DNA from: Mayamaea pseudoterrestris
Lineage: Eukaryota
Direction: 5' to 3'
Assembly (NCBI GenBank): GCA_027923505.1
Contig: BROI01000001.1
Coordinates: 620,001 to 684,000 of the forward strand
DNA length: 64,000 nt
The notes below the pieces were generated by a model. That model did not search any database. It was not told where the DNA came from and saw nothing but the letters and a program-made list of their open reading frames with translations. Below are positions 41,201 through 54,400 of the stretch, one piece after another. Numbering within the stretch: the first letter of the stretch is position 1; the number at the start of each line of letters is the position of its first letter. The position numbers and the translations under genes are program-made.

Positions 41201-41599
41201 TGACAAATTGCAGAAGAATTGTTGGGCTTGTAACCAGTGAAGATCTCCAGCTATCGCAATGGCTACACTAGCAGATGTTTCTCACTCAATAGGATTGAAT
41301 GGAGAGACTGTTATTAAGAGCAACAACAAGAGCAGGGGACTTGAGTAATTGCAACTGCTACAACAACAAAGGTGTTGTTGATTAACTAAGAGAAGATATT
41401 TAGTTGCTACAAATGTACCTCACTCAGCACATTGTGGACACCCACAATTGCTGTTACACAGTGTGATTGATCCGTTGGGGCATCAACTGACACATATATC
41501 AAGATAGGTGCGTTTGTACCTTGGTGGGAAGGTATGATACACCTTCAACTTTGACTCTTGTCAAATTGTGCTTTACTGGTGTGGAATCAGTAGAGTTTT

Positions 41600-43346
41600 G
41601 TAAATATCCTTACAACCACCAAATTTGGTGAAATAATGCTTAAGTACCCAGTTGTCATCAGGTCTCTTCTCTGTCCACAAGCTATTCAAACCCAGAAGGT
41701 GCAAATGTTTGGTAGCTTTCAGGTGGCTTGGCATATTTGCTGACCATTTGGAGCAGACTTCTTATGGGACCATGACAATCAAACATACAGATTGCCATGC
41801 CTTCATGAATGATAAGGTGCAAGTGTATTTGTAAAAGTGTTACACATCCAAACATTAAGATCAGCATTTTTGGAGATGTTGAGCGAACTGTTAATATCAA
41901 CATAGATTGAACTGGATTGCCTGCACCAATCTGGTTGCTTTGCACATACACATCATAGCACTATTCACCGTCATGTCCCAGTCAGGTCTGTCTTGGTGGC
42001 ATGACCCCATTTTTGAAAGGTATCCAACAAAGTACCCAAGATATCTTTGCCTACCTCAACTTTCACTCGTGGCAGCCCATTTGATACAGCACAAACTCTA
42101 CATCACCCAACCAAACTAATGAGCATGCTGAATGATTTGTTGGAATTGCTGACAGTGTTGGCAATGCTCTAACATACTGGGTCTTAGATGAAGACCTACA
42201 TCAAGTTGTCACTTGAAGCATCACCACAGCTTGTCGGGATGATTTAAATCCAAACATTCATCTTGATATGCTGAAAGTTGATCATCTACAGAAGGTGACA
42301 TGTTTGTATATACTGAAGGGTAGTAAGAGTTTCTATCTAGGCAGTCAAAGCTCCAAAGAAAGGCAGCTCCCAGATAGCAGCCCTTATCAGTGGTTGCCAT
42401 CAGCACACCCACACAGACCAATTGATATTATACTAGTGTTCTCACCTGAAGATTGTCAATAAAAGAGCCCATGTGAGCCAAGATTGTTCACAAGCTCCAA
42501 CCATGGTGGATGCAGCCAACCATCACAAGATTAAGGTCCTACTCATAATTGGTGAAAAGAAAGCCAAAGAAGTCATCGACTACACCCAACTATGCAAAGT
42601 GTACAAAGCCAACCAAGCAGTGGCAACAAACAATCCAGAACATCATTGGATGTTCAAAACAGTACAAGCTCACAAAAGGCTCACTAATTGAGCAGCCAGT
42701 TGGGAACATAGCCTCAATAAACAACATCAAAGATTTTGGAAAGATAACTCCACAACATGGGAACCACTGAATGTTTTAGCACAGAATCATGCCATAAGAT
42801 GCACTTGTTATGCAGATGCAAATGGATTACTCAATAAGAAAGGCTGGTCCCATATCAAAGTCAGCCTGACGCGCACACATCACCCGTTGCACATTAAACC
42901 AAGCCAAGCAGTGATGCAGCATTCATCACAAGTTTGATGTCAAAGTCAGCCTGATGTGCACACATCACCTGCCACACAGTAAACCAAGCCAAGCAGCAAC
43001 GCAGCAATCATCACAAGTTTGGTGTCAAAGTCAGCCTGACGCACACACATCACCCACCACACTGTAAGCCAAGCCAAGCAATGACATATCATTCATCATA
43101 AGTTTGGTGTCAAAGTAGCGTTACCCTGCCTAACCCTAACCCAAAAGAAGTTCAACATACCAAATGGACCAACGTGGAGAAGGTAGAGCTAGCAAGTCTG
43201 TTTGAATATGACACCTTTGTTGAACTCAAATTAAATGCCACACCTCCCAAAGGCTTTCAACAGATTTGCACCACCTGGGTCTACAACCGTAAGCAAGACT
43301 TCCATCACAAGGCTCAGATGTTTGCTGGTGCACACCTTACAGATCC
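41600..43346 (+). mobile_element. Degenerate Copia pol remnant (INT end, chromodomain-like region, RT start)
   Basis: FVGIADSVGNALTYWVLDED (~42135), NHHKIKVLLIIG, WKDNSTTWEPL, HKFGVKV, ELASLFEYDTF and HKAQMFAGAHLTDP; many stops. Confidence 0.8.
42856..43115 (+). repeat. ~85-bp tandem triplication inside the degenerate pol
   Basis: CAAAGTCAGCCTGA(C/T)G starts at 42856, 42941 and 43026; a fourth partial copy starts at 43110. Confidence 0.85.
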
Positions 43347-43745
43347 TGTCAATAACACCGTTGACGATTTCGCAGTCAACGTCTTACCTCCAAAAAGCTC
43401 CGATACAGGGTCCTTGGCCACGGTCTGTACAGCTCTTGATGGAGATGGCTCGTTGAATAGTCTTGCGCTCGCCACTACACGAATACGACTGCACTCTCGT
43501 CGCAAACTAGTAGTTCTATATTGTGAGCTTATCGCTACATCGCTACATCGACCACTCGGAAGATCATCCGATCAATCCGTTTCTTTCAATCACATCACAT
43601 CAGTCGTAACTGGTCGTTCCATTCATACAACGCATCCACACGACGGTTGCGCACTTTCTTCATTCACATGTCACATACGACAGCTGCGGACTCGACACAA
43701 GCTAGTTAGGGTTCGGGCTCTTGACTTCGCCGCTCCTACTTGTCA
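43347..43745 (-). repeat. Copia-2 3' LTR (~399 bp)
   Basis: On the minus strand it begins TGACAAG after the PPT and ends TATTGACA, where the interrupted + strand RT remnant stops. Confidence 0.65.
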
Positions 43746-46700
43746 CTCCCCTCGGGTACGCTGCTCGTCGTAGCCGCATTCTTGTCCTTCACAATCGCAT
43801 ACGATGTATCGCCGCGCCAAAACAATACTGGCTTGAGCAATGGCATCGCATCACAGTACGGCAGGTACTTCGTCAGTACGTCCGCAATGTTCTCCTTTCC
43901 GTCAATCTTTACAAACTTGATGATCCCCGCAGCAACTGCCCAACGAACACGATGGTAGGCCAACGCATTGTGTCGCTTGGACAATGTCGAACTCGGGATT
44001 GTAGATTGCGTAATCACTGCTTGGTTATCTCCGTACATCCAGGCAGACTTCTCCAATGGTACGCCCATAGCCATGAGCGACGCGCGTAGAGAAATGCTGA
44101 TATCCGTTCCACTCTTTGCTACTCCGAATTCCGATCCGAAGGTCGCAGTCTCGACTGTAGCCTGGAGTTTGCAATGCCAGTCGACAGGCGTCTGGTTGAC
44201 AAATGACAAAACTCCTTCCAATGACTTGCCTGTCACCATGCAATGCATGAGACACGCATCCTCGAAAGTTGATGTTCGTACAGTCACACCCTTTGGCGGT
44301 GGGTAGACGTCCAACATCTCATCAACTCCGTCCTTCCCGTAAACGCTGCGCTCCCAATCTTGTTCCTCCATGGTGCCGAAGTGCTCCTCGTTGGCTGGCC
44401 GCCGTGCGGAAACGGATTGCTGCGTCAGTAACTCTCGCAAATATCCACAGACTTCGCTTCACCCGCTGCAGGTGTCCCTTGCGCGGCTCCACACGGAATC
44501 GCGACAGGCTCACAACTGCAACGGCAATGTCAAATCGTCCCAAAGTAATCGCCCACTGAAGTGCCCCGACTAGAGACTGGTAAATCTTCTTCTCTTGGTC
44601 GTTCAGTAGCTCGCTTTGGTCAAGTTCGGGATGATCGTCTTTGTCGATTGGTGATGAATACTTCTTCGGAGGACCTTCAAACAAACGCTCGTACTGCGCC
44701 AAGAGTTTCGCAACGTAGGTCTTGGCCGACCAGTAAAGGGTTCCATCAGGGTCTCGTCCAAAGTCACCGCCGAGATGATACTCGGGATGTCCAACACCTT
44801 TGAGCTTAAACTTATACTTCTCCTCTAGCATCTTGAAGAACGCTGCTGGATCGTCTGAAATATTCAACAGATCGTCGACCCATACACAGAGGTAGTCGTA
44901 GCTGTCGCCGGCGTCCTTGATCCACAGATCGGAATCGCAATAGGACGGCTTCCACCCTTCAGCAAGTAGGGGTCGGCTAAAGCGTTCGAAATTGTCGCTT
45001 GTTCGCAATCCGTACAAAGCCTTGACGATGACCAGGATGTGTCCTTCGGCGCTCCCGAACTCGGGGCCTCCAACGAAGTAAACCTTCTCCTTGGTGAACG
45101 CCTGAGATAAGCATTCCCAATGTCACCGACCATGCACTTCTTGCCGTTCGCTTCTCCAATGGCGAGAGCTAGACGCATTGCCTTCAATGAGATAACACTG
45201 AGTAGGCATCGTCGTTGTCTTTCGTCATGTGGCCGCCTGCAACGAGACGTGCCTTGTATCGCAAATCGTGCTTGACATCGTACACAAAATGGACTCGAAT
45301 CTTCTGGTAACCAGTTGGTGGTGTTGTGGTGGAACTTGGACCAAGATCTTGAAACGTCTCGTACTCGTCCAGGTTCGCCAGCTCCACGCCTTCCGCATCC
45401 GTCCACCCGTGTGCCCTGCAGCTTCTTGTAGACGACACGCTTCCTTCCAGTCTCGGGGTACTTGGACTCCAAACTTGTAGCGCGGGTCCGTTTCTTCTGC
45501 TGCTCCATTCGGGCGGTCGCCACCTTGCGCGCAACCTTCTTGGCGTTCCGGGCCCATCGATTCAACGATGACCATCCGTCCTTGTCGAGAAGATTATGCT
45601 TTTGCGCGTAGGCTGCCACTGATACTTTGTCGTTTTTGATCATCGCGTTGAGAGGCTCCCAAGTCTTGGATCCATCGTCCCATTGTACAAGGACGTTCCA
45701 CTTGGAGTGCTTCCAGTTCTTCGACTTGCTCGTCAGCGGACCCTGATGGTCTAGAATCTCCTTGAAGAACCATTTACGCTCAGGATTCGCCATGTCTTGG
45801 TTCACTTTGGCCTCGTAGAGATCGGAAACCTCGACATAGGACATCACTTCGTCCGCTTCGCCGTTACCAAGTTTCAGCATCATTTTAATGTTCTGATGGT
45901 TCTGGGCGTCGCGATTGTTCAGCTTGCTCATGACGGTCGCTCGAACTTCTTGCCCGTCGTCCGTCTTCATGAGAAACGACTTGCCGATAAGTTCATGGCG
46001 TGCATACCTCGAGTTTGCGCCACGGATTGATGTTCTTCTTCTTCGGCTTTGCGTCGCGTCATCGCCAGGGTCGTCATCGGCAGGATTAGGATCTAGCTCC
46101 CCGTCGGTCATATCGTCATCTTCCGGTATTCCACCGTTTTCACCAAAGGGGTATCGTCCCAGGAATGAAAGAATCTTCGTCTCTGCTGTCGGCGTCCGGT
46201 AATCTTCTTGATCATTTCCGCATAAGGATCTCGCCACCTAGACCAGGTACGGTATAGAGACGCGGCTCCCCTTCATGACTGGGAAGCAGGTGCCGGTACG
46301 GAAGGTTCAAAAATGTTGGGTCATTTCGGGGTAAGCAAACCGATCGCGTCATGATCTCGTGTCTCGCAATCGCAGATGAAGCACGCTCAGGTCGTCTCCG
46401 CACGTCGTGTTGGGTCCAAGCCAGTACGCCGCACGCTGGCGGCATTCCGGGGTCGGGCGACATCCTTGACAAAGTAGTTGACAATTTCAAACCAACGAAA
46501 ATGCAAATACTTCGACACGCCGACTTGCCCGTGATAAACTCGATGGGAGACTTGCCGTCAAGGCAGGATGCGACAAAATGACGGTACATCCCGGTTCGAA
46601 AGAGTAAAGCGCGTAGCCAGAAGCATGCCGAGAGTGCCCGTCGTCCATAAGTCGTTCATGACTTTCCTTTACGCGTCCGATGATGCGCTCGGCTGGGTTT

Positions 46701-46892
46701 TGATTCCGGTAGTACGGCTCCGATGTATGACGACGGCGAATCATGAACTCGCGGCATTACTTCGTCAAACTCGGCACTCATCGCTTCTTTCGCATTATCC
46801 GGAGAAGACTTCCAACGGAGCTCCAAACTCGCGGATGAAACACGGAATCGTTTCGCACGCCTGCCTTTTCGGTCCGCATGGGATACACGACA
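43347..46892 (-). mobile_element. Ty1/Copia element, Copia-2; 5'-truncated within integrase, with 3' LTR
   Basis: INT: FIREFGAP..DNA, SEPYYRNQNPAER. RT: YKARLVAGGH, VGDIGNAYL, YLCVWVDDLL. RH: TATFGSEF, YGDNQAV, ENIADVLTK. PPT GAGGGGAG at 43753-43746. Confidence 0.93.
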
Positions 46893-49800
46893 ATGATAAA
46901 ATGCTGCACTGATACGTCAAGATTGCAATCAGATCTGTTACGACATGCCGTGTGAACCTCTAAGAGTTGTTGCCAAATTTTTCAAACAAAGTTCTGCCAC
47001 ATTTCCAGTTTGCTCAAGTAATGCTGAACTCCTCAAGCAGTGCTTGATCCGCAAATGTATCTATGATAGATTTCATGGAATTTACAACGCATTGTAGTCC
47101 GGCTTCCTTATCCACGGAAATGGCAGACTTCCTCGTGATACCAGGGTCGCTGTCTCTATGAGAACCATAGATGATACAGAAGCTCCCAATTTGCTGCTTT
47201 ATCGTCTATGCTTGAGTCAGCGCGGGTTAAAGAAGATATGATCTCGTTGCAGTACTCCAGAGCGTCAACAGAGTTGCGACTTGCATGGCGCTTGGCCTGA
47301 TTCTAACACCTGTACCACTATGCTGGAGGCATGAGACGAGGACGACCCTGATTCCCAAGTGAATGGGATCGCTCCGCCAAGTAGAGAGACAGATAAGTCC
47401 AGCCACTTCATCAACTAAATTGCTTTGAACGCTAAAACATGCACGAAGTCGCTATATAGGAGGAGATGTTGCGCTTCCGATTGTTCCTGACTTGCGGAAA
47501 CAAATGCCGTGAAGATCCGTTCAATAGTAGCGCCTTCAAGAGGTGCAATCTTTTTGAACAATGGTATAAAATATGTCAATGTCTGCCGAACGAACTAGGT
47601 GTAGATCCATCTTTGCCACACGCAAGCGAAACGGTCGCAGCACAGGCCCGAGCATGGGACATCGCCCGGACGTTCCAACGCCAAATTGCTTAAAATGGAA
47701 GAGCTGCCGACCCTAGTTCGAGTTTTCGTCAAAAGTACAAGCCGAAGATCCGTAGTAGTAGAAGCACCCAATAACGATAGCAAAATCGTGATCGTTGGTG
47801 CGCCGAATCCCGGCTTTTGCAGGCGATGTGACAGAATCTGTTGAAGGGCCAAAAAGACGGTACTTCAAGAAGAGTTCGTTCAAATAATGCTGCGTAGATG
47901 CCGTAAGCGATGACTCTTTAAGAGCATTAAATAACATGCCTGCAAGCTCATCGCGTCGGGATGCCAGCAGCCTCGACGAATTTGATCGGAACAAATCCGA
48001 AGGATATACGTTAGGACTATGCTCCCCTTCACTGAAGCAAGATCCTCAACCATCGAACACAAATCGGACGAGTCTAGAGGAAGAGGGTTAAAAAGCCTGC
48101 GAAGCATCGTCAATAATGATTCAGAGCCATAGTGAATCAAAGAGATCGCCATCGCTACTCGTTCTTGCCGCAAATTTGGCGAAAATTTGTTCTCTCCAAG
48201 AAGGCGCTGCCCGACGTCAGTCACAGAATCGAAGCAACCATATCGCATGAGCTGCCATTGCCTTCTTTTAAAATAATCTCAATTAATTGTTTCATGTCTG
48301 CTGGGTATGGATCAAGAACAGACAGACCATCCATCTTCCCAACTGAGTAAGATCGCGTGCGTCTACCAGTACTTCTTGACTTGGTCCTAAATAATTATTT
48401 GCGGGTCGACTACTTTAACTCCTTTCAACATTTTTAGCAGAGTCCTTACCAAAGCACTAGGTATCATTTCAACTTCTCCATAGGTAACAATGCGCGCTCA
48501 GGATGGAGCGAAACCTGCATCATTCCACCGAGTCAGCAACGGGGCTAACTCCTCGCCAGTCTCCTCCAACGAATCTAACAAAACAGCAGCGGCTGTGCTC
48601 ATTCCACTGGCCAATGGTAGAAAAGCCATGCTGCGCTACCCTCGTTATCGTCATGGCCCCATACGTCGATAAACAGCACTGCTCACGCACAACCTCATCA
48701 GTGCATTCCGCAACTTTGCGGTTCCCGGGACCTCTTCAGTAAGGATACTCGACAACACTTGTCCGCCCATTTTTACCAAAGAAACATTGGATATTTCAAG
48801 TTGGTCGCCAATTTCAACAATTCGACCATTTTCCTCACTCTCAACCGACGAAACGTTGCGGCGAGCAAGGCCGTAGCGCAGCCACACGCACTTGCACGTC
48901 ACCGCGCTCAAGCAACACGAGACCAGGTATAACAGCGATGCTTACATCCTTCGCCTCGCCTAGAATAGAAATTGCCAGTTCGTGGCTTCAACACCTCCTT
49001 GTTGCTGTCGCCGATCGGACTGGCAGCTTCTAGATAAATCGCCAATCGCAAATATTCCAAGCATCTTTATCTGAAAGTAAATGCGCCGCAGCAACAGCAT
49101 GCTCCTTGTCACAATTAGTGCTCCAGGAATGAACAATCGCTAATGCTTGACACTCATTCAATTTCATGCTCGAATCACCTCATCAATGTTCATTTCGTCC
49201 GACCCAACTGGCGGCAACATGCCCACCAAATCATTCGAATCCCACCATTGCCGACTCATCAAAAGCAACAATTCCGTTGGTAAATCAATTAACTGCTTGC
49301 AATCAAGCATCTTGTCGCTCATGGAGTCTAACGCTGTGCAACTAGCTCACATGATACGGCGTCAATCTCATGCAACGTTTTTAACACAAGCCGCACTGGT
49401 TCCAGAGCAAGTTCGTCATTTTGAAAATACTTGCCGACAACGTTGGCGGTAACGGATGCGACCAAATGTAGCTGTCGGTCCATCCAAATGGAGCCGCGCG
49501 CCGACTCTTCCGCCAGCTCGACGATTAGACCCAATCGACCTTGATTCATGCTCATGACCACCACAGCCGCCAACAAGGGCGCAACAATAACACGATCGAT
49601 CGATGCAAGTATCCAAGCGACGGTAGAATTCAAGGCCGACGAGCCTGTCAAACGTCGTCTGGTCAAAGCATCAACCGCACTTGTCAAGGCCCACCAACGA
49701 CAGAAAGCAAGCGTCATCGACAAGCGGTTGTCGCTTGGGCGGAAGCAAAATACTTAAGAATGGTCGTCAAGGCGTCCGCCTCTGTTTCAAAAGGCGCGGC

Positions 49801-50680
49801 CCGCGAACAATCCCCCCAGTGACGAGCAAGTCAATTGTTTCTGGCGCCAGCTCCATGTGCTCCACCATGGACGAAACGACAACGTAGCTAGTAGCGGCGA
49901 ACTGGGTGCGAAGGATCCCAACAGACACGAAAAATGGTCCGAATGACTGGCTTCCTTGTCTGCCTTGTGTCACTTGGGCCAACCAGGCAAAGCCTTGCAA
50001 TAGTAGTTTCATAGACCACGACAGCAAAAATGATCGTCCGTCTTGACTGCTTGCACAACGCACCAGTTTCGTCAACCACGAGGTATTCTTGAGCACATGC
50101 TGCGCCACCAAGGCGGAAGGAATCTTTTGTTGTTTTCCAACACTCACGTAGGGCCTCAACCATAGTCGTTTTCCAGAAGCAGGTCGTCGAGCAGAGGCAG
50201 CGGTAAAGTAGACCCACATTTCATTCTTGCCCGCATAGGGAAGGGCGTCCAAAGTAACTCAGAACCATACTGCCGTGCGGTTGTATCGCCGCAGCGTATT
50301 CCCAGAACCTGCAGGGCACTCGTCCGTGATTCGTCCAATAGAACCGTCAGCTGAAGCCAAATGGATCAGATCTGCGACAGCATCGGCGCTTCGGCACTGT
50401 TTGCAAAGAACTGAAACACGAGGTCATAAGCCCAATTCTCAAAGCTTCTCTACAATTTTCTTCCAATACTTTCAAAGGAACATCAGCAGCATCCTTGCTT
50501 TGGCATGCAGCAGGGTTGGGAAAGCGAACCGACTTGTCGGCCATGGTTTGTCCGTGCTTGACAGAGTAGTGGGCCGCGACCGACGGCATCCTCATGGCGC
50601 GCTGCTTTGGAAATGACAAGCCGGCATTCTTGGGATTGTTCAAGGCAGTCAGTTGCGACCTTAGTTAGAGACAAAGACAT
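46893..50680 (-). pseudogene. UTP10: UTP10/HEATR1-like gene, 5' ~3.8 kb, heavily frameshifted and 3'-truncated
   Basis: Joining frames gives MSLSL..SQLTALNNPK...RHEDAVGRG..YSVKHG...DAADVPLKVLEENCREAL...ALQVLEY...ELLW..LPY...LWLRPY, resembling the N-terminus of U3 snoRNP UTP10/HEATR1. Downstream pieces are helical and Leu-rich. Recognised from memory; frameshifts may be sequencing errors. Confidence 0.55.
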
Positions 50681-50809
50681 GATTGTTTTGCTACCGGTAG
50701 TGTATGATGGAGGATCCAGATGTGTAGTGTTGCCGCTGCCAAAAATTAATTTGTACCGATGGCTGTCGTTCAAAACCGGAGCGACGTAAACTATCTTGGC
50801 ACTGCATAT

Positions 50810-51450
50810 GGCATGATTTTTGAATGTCCATACCTTGAGCCATGTGTATGCCCAAATCAAACCAGAATGGTGCTAACATTCTTTTTTCAGGTGCGCTACA
50901 AGATGGATTGCCTGGCTGGTCCCTTGGTAGACTGCAATGTAATTGGTGACAAGTTGTTACCAATCTCAGCCAGCAGATGCAGTGATTTTAGAATGCCCAT
51001 ACCTTGAGCCATGCGTATGTCCAATTCAAGCCAGAATGGTGCTAACATCCTAATTTCAGGTGCGCTACAAGATGGATTGCCTGGCTGGTCCCTTGGTAGA
51101 CTGCAATGTGATTGGTGACAACTTGTCACCAATCTCAGCCAGCAGATGCCGTCATTTTTAAACGCCCCCACCTTGTGCCATGTGTATGTCCAAATCAAGC
51201 CAGAATTGTGCTAACATCCATATATCAGGTGCGCTACAAGATGCATTGCCTGGCTGGTCCCTTGGTAGACTGCAATGTGATTGGTGACAACTTGCTCTCA
51301 TTTCTCACCCCATGCCGTTTCCAATCAAGCACCGGTGCCATTCATATCATAAAAATCAGCCTGCTGGCTTTGGTGATTGGTGACAACTTGTCCCAATCTC
51401 AGCCAGCAGATGCCGTCATTTTCAAAAGCCCCTACCTTGTGCCACGTGGC
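50810..51450 (+). repeat. 169-bp satellite, diverged terminal subfamily C, ~3.5 monomers
   Basis: Diagnostic GGATTGCCTGGCTGGTCCCTTGGTAGACTGCAATGTGATTGG and ACCTTGAGCCATGTGTATGCCCAAATCAA; 169-bp period (50832, 51001). Confidence 0.9.
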
Positions 51451-51454
51451 AACA

Positions 51455-54400
51455 TCTGCGGATGGATTGACTGGCTGGCATCTGCTGAGCTGAGACTGGT
51501 GAGAAGATGTCACCAATTACATTGCCATCCCCTGAGACACCAGCCAAGCCTACCATCTTGTAGCGCAGCCTGAATAATGACGTTAGCACCATTCGGGTGT
51601 ATTTTGGGCTCCTACAGGGCTTGCTGTAGGGGTGTTTGAATGTCACGGCATCTGTGGGCTGAGACTGGTGACAAGTTGTCACCAAATACATTGCTATCCC
51701 CTGAGACACCAGCAAAGCCTACCATCTTGTAGCGCTGCCTGAATAATGATGTTGGCACCATTCTGGTGTATTTTGGGCACCTACAGGGCTTGCTGCAGGG
51801 GCGTTTGAATGTCACGGCATCTGCGGGCTGAGACTGGTGACAAGTTGTCACCAAATACATTGCCATCCCCTGAGACACCAGCCAAGCCTACCATCTTGTA
51901 GCGCAGCCTGAATAATGATGTTGGCACCATTCTGGTGTATTTTGGGCACCTACAGGGCTTGCTGTAGGGGCGTTTGAATGTCACGGCATCTGCGGGCTGA
52001 GACTGGTGACAAGTTGTCACCAAATACATTGCCATCCCCTGAGACACCAGCCAAGCCTACCATCTTGTAGTGCAGCCTGAATAATGACGTTGGCACTATT
52101 CTGGTGTATTTTGGGCACCTACAGGGCTTGCTGTAATGGCGTTTGAATGTCACGGCATCTGCGGGCTGAGACTGGTGACAAGTTGTCACCAAATACATTG
52201 CCATCCCCTGAGACACCAGCCAAGCCTACCATCTTGTAGCGCAGCCTGAATAATGACGTTAGCACCATTCAGGTGTATTTTGGGCTCCTACAGGGCTTGC
52301 TGTAGGGGTGTTTGAATGTCACGGCATCTGCGGGCTGAGACTGGTGACAAGTTGTCACCAAATACATTGCCATCCCCTGAGACACCAGCCAAGCCTACCA
52401 TCTTGTAACGCTGCCTGAATAATAAGGTTGGCACCATTCTGGTGTATTTTGGGCACCTACAGGGCTTGCTGTAGGGGGGTTTGAATGGCACGGCATCTGC
52501 GGGCTGAGACTGGTGACAAGTTGTCACCAAATACATTGCCATCCCCTGAGACACCAGCCAAGCCTACCATCTTGTAGCGCAGCCTGAATAATGATGTTGG
52601 CACCACTCTGGTGTATTTTGGGCACCTACAGGGCTTGCTGTAGGGGCGTTTGAATGTCACGGCATCTGCGGGCTGAGACTGGTGACAAGTTGTCACCAAA
52701 TACATTGCCATCCCCTGAGACACCAGCCAAGCCTGCGATCTTGTAGCGCAGCCTGGATAATGAGGTTGGCACCATTCTGGTGTATTTTGGGCACCTACAG
52801 GGCTTGCTGCAGGGGCGTTTGAATGTCACGGCATCTGCGGGCTGAGACTGGTGACAAGTTGTCACCCATCCCCTGAGACACCAGCCAAGCCTACCATCTT
52901 GTAGCGCCGCCTGAATAATGAAGTTGGCACCATTCTGGTGTATTTTGGGCACCTACAGGGCTTGCTGTAGGGGCGTTTTGTGACAAGTTGTCACCAAATA
53001 CATTGCCATCCCCTGAGACACCAACCAAGCCTACCATCTTGTAGCGCAGCCTGAATAATGATGTTGGCACCATTCTGGTGTATTTTGGGCACCTACAGGG
53101 CTTGCTGTAGGGGCGTTTGAATGTCACGGCATCTGCGGGCTGAGACTGGTGACAAGTTGTCACCAAATACATTGCCATCCCCTGAGACACCAGCCAAGCC
53201 TACCATCTTGTAGCGCAGCCTGAATAATGAGGTTGGCACCATTCTGGTGTATTTCGGGCACCTACAGGGCTTGCTGTTGGGGCGTTTGAATGTCACGGCA
53301 TCTGCCGGCTGAGACTGGTGACAAGTTGTCACCAAATACATTGCCATCCCCTGAGACACCAGCCAAGCCTACCATCTTGTAGCGCTGCCTGAATAATGAG
53401 GTTGGCACCATTCTGGTGTATTTTGGGCACCTACAGGGCTTGCTGTAGGGGCGTTTGAATGTCACGGCATCTGCGGGCTGAGACTGGTGACAAGTTGTCA
53501 CCAAATACATTGCCATCCCCTGAGACACCAGCCAAGCCTACGATCTTGTAGCGCAGCCTGAATAATGAGGTTGGCACCATTCTGGTGTATTTTGGGCACC
53601 TACAGGGCTTGCTGTAGGGGCGTTTGAATGTCACGGCATCTGCGGGCTGAGACTGGTGACAAGTTGTCACCAAATACATTGCCATCCCCTGAGACACCAG
53701 CCAAGCCTACCATCTTGTAGCGCAGCCTGAATAATGATGTTGGCACCATTCTGGTGTATTTTGGGCACCTACAGGGCTTGCTGTAGGGGCGTTTGAATGT
53801 CACGGCATCTGCGGGCTGAGACTGGTGACAAGTTGTCACCAAATACATTGCCATCCCCTGAGACACCAGCCAAGCCTACCATCTTGTAGCGCAGCCTGAA
53901 TAATGAGGTTGGCACCATTCTGGTGTATTTTGGGCACCTACAGGGCTTGCTGTAGGGGCGTTTGAATGTCACGGCATCTGCGGGCTGAGACTGGTGACAA
54001 GTTGTCACCAAATACATTGCCATCCCCTGAGACACCAGCCAAGCCTACCATCTTGTAGCGCAGCCTGAATAATGAGGTTGGCACCATTCTGGTGTATTTT
54101 GGGCACCTACAGGGCTTGCTGTAGGGGCGTTTGAATGTCACGGCATCTGCGGGCTGAGACTGGTGACAAGTTGTCACCAAATACATTGCCATCCCCTGAG
54201 ACACCAGCCAAGCCTACCATCTTGTAGCGCAGCCTGAATAATGAGGTTGGCACCATTCTGGTGTATTTTGGGCACCTACAGGGCTTGCTGTAGGGGCGTT
54301 TGAATGTCACGGCATCTGCGGGCTGAGACTGGTGACAAGTTGTCACCAAATACATTGCCATCCCCTGAGACACCAGCCAAGCCTACCATCTTGTAGCGCA

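Noticed and set aside
43121..43146. True telomere
   Set aside because: Only about two repeat units, in an internal position.
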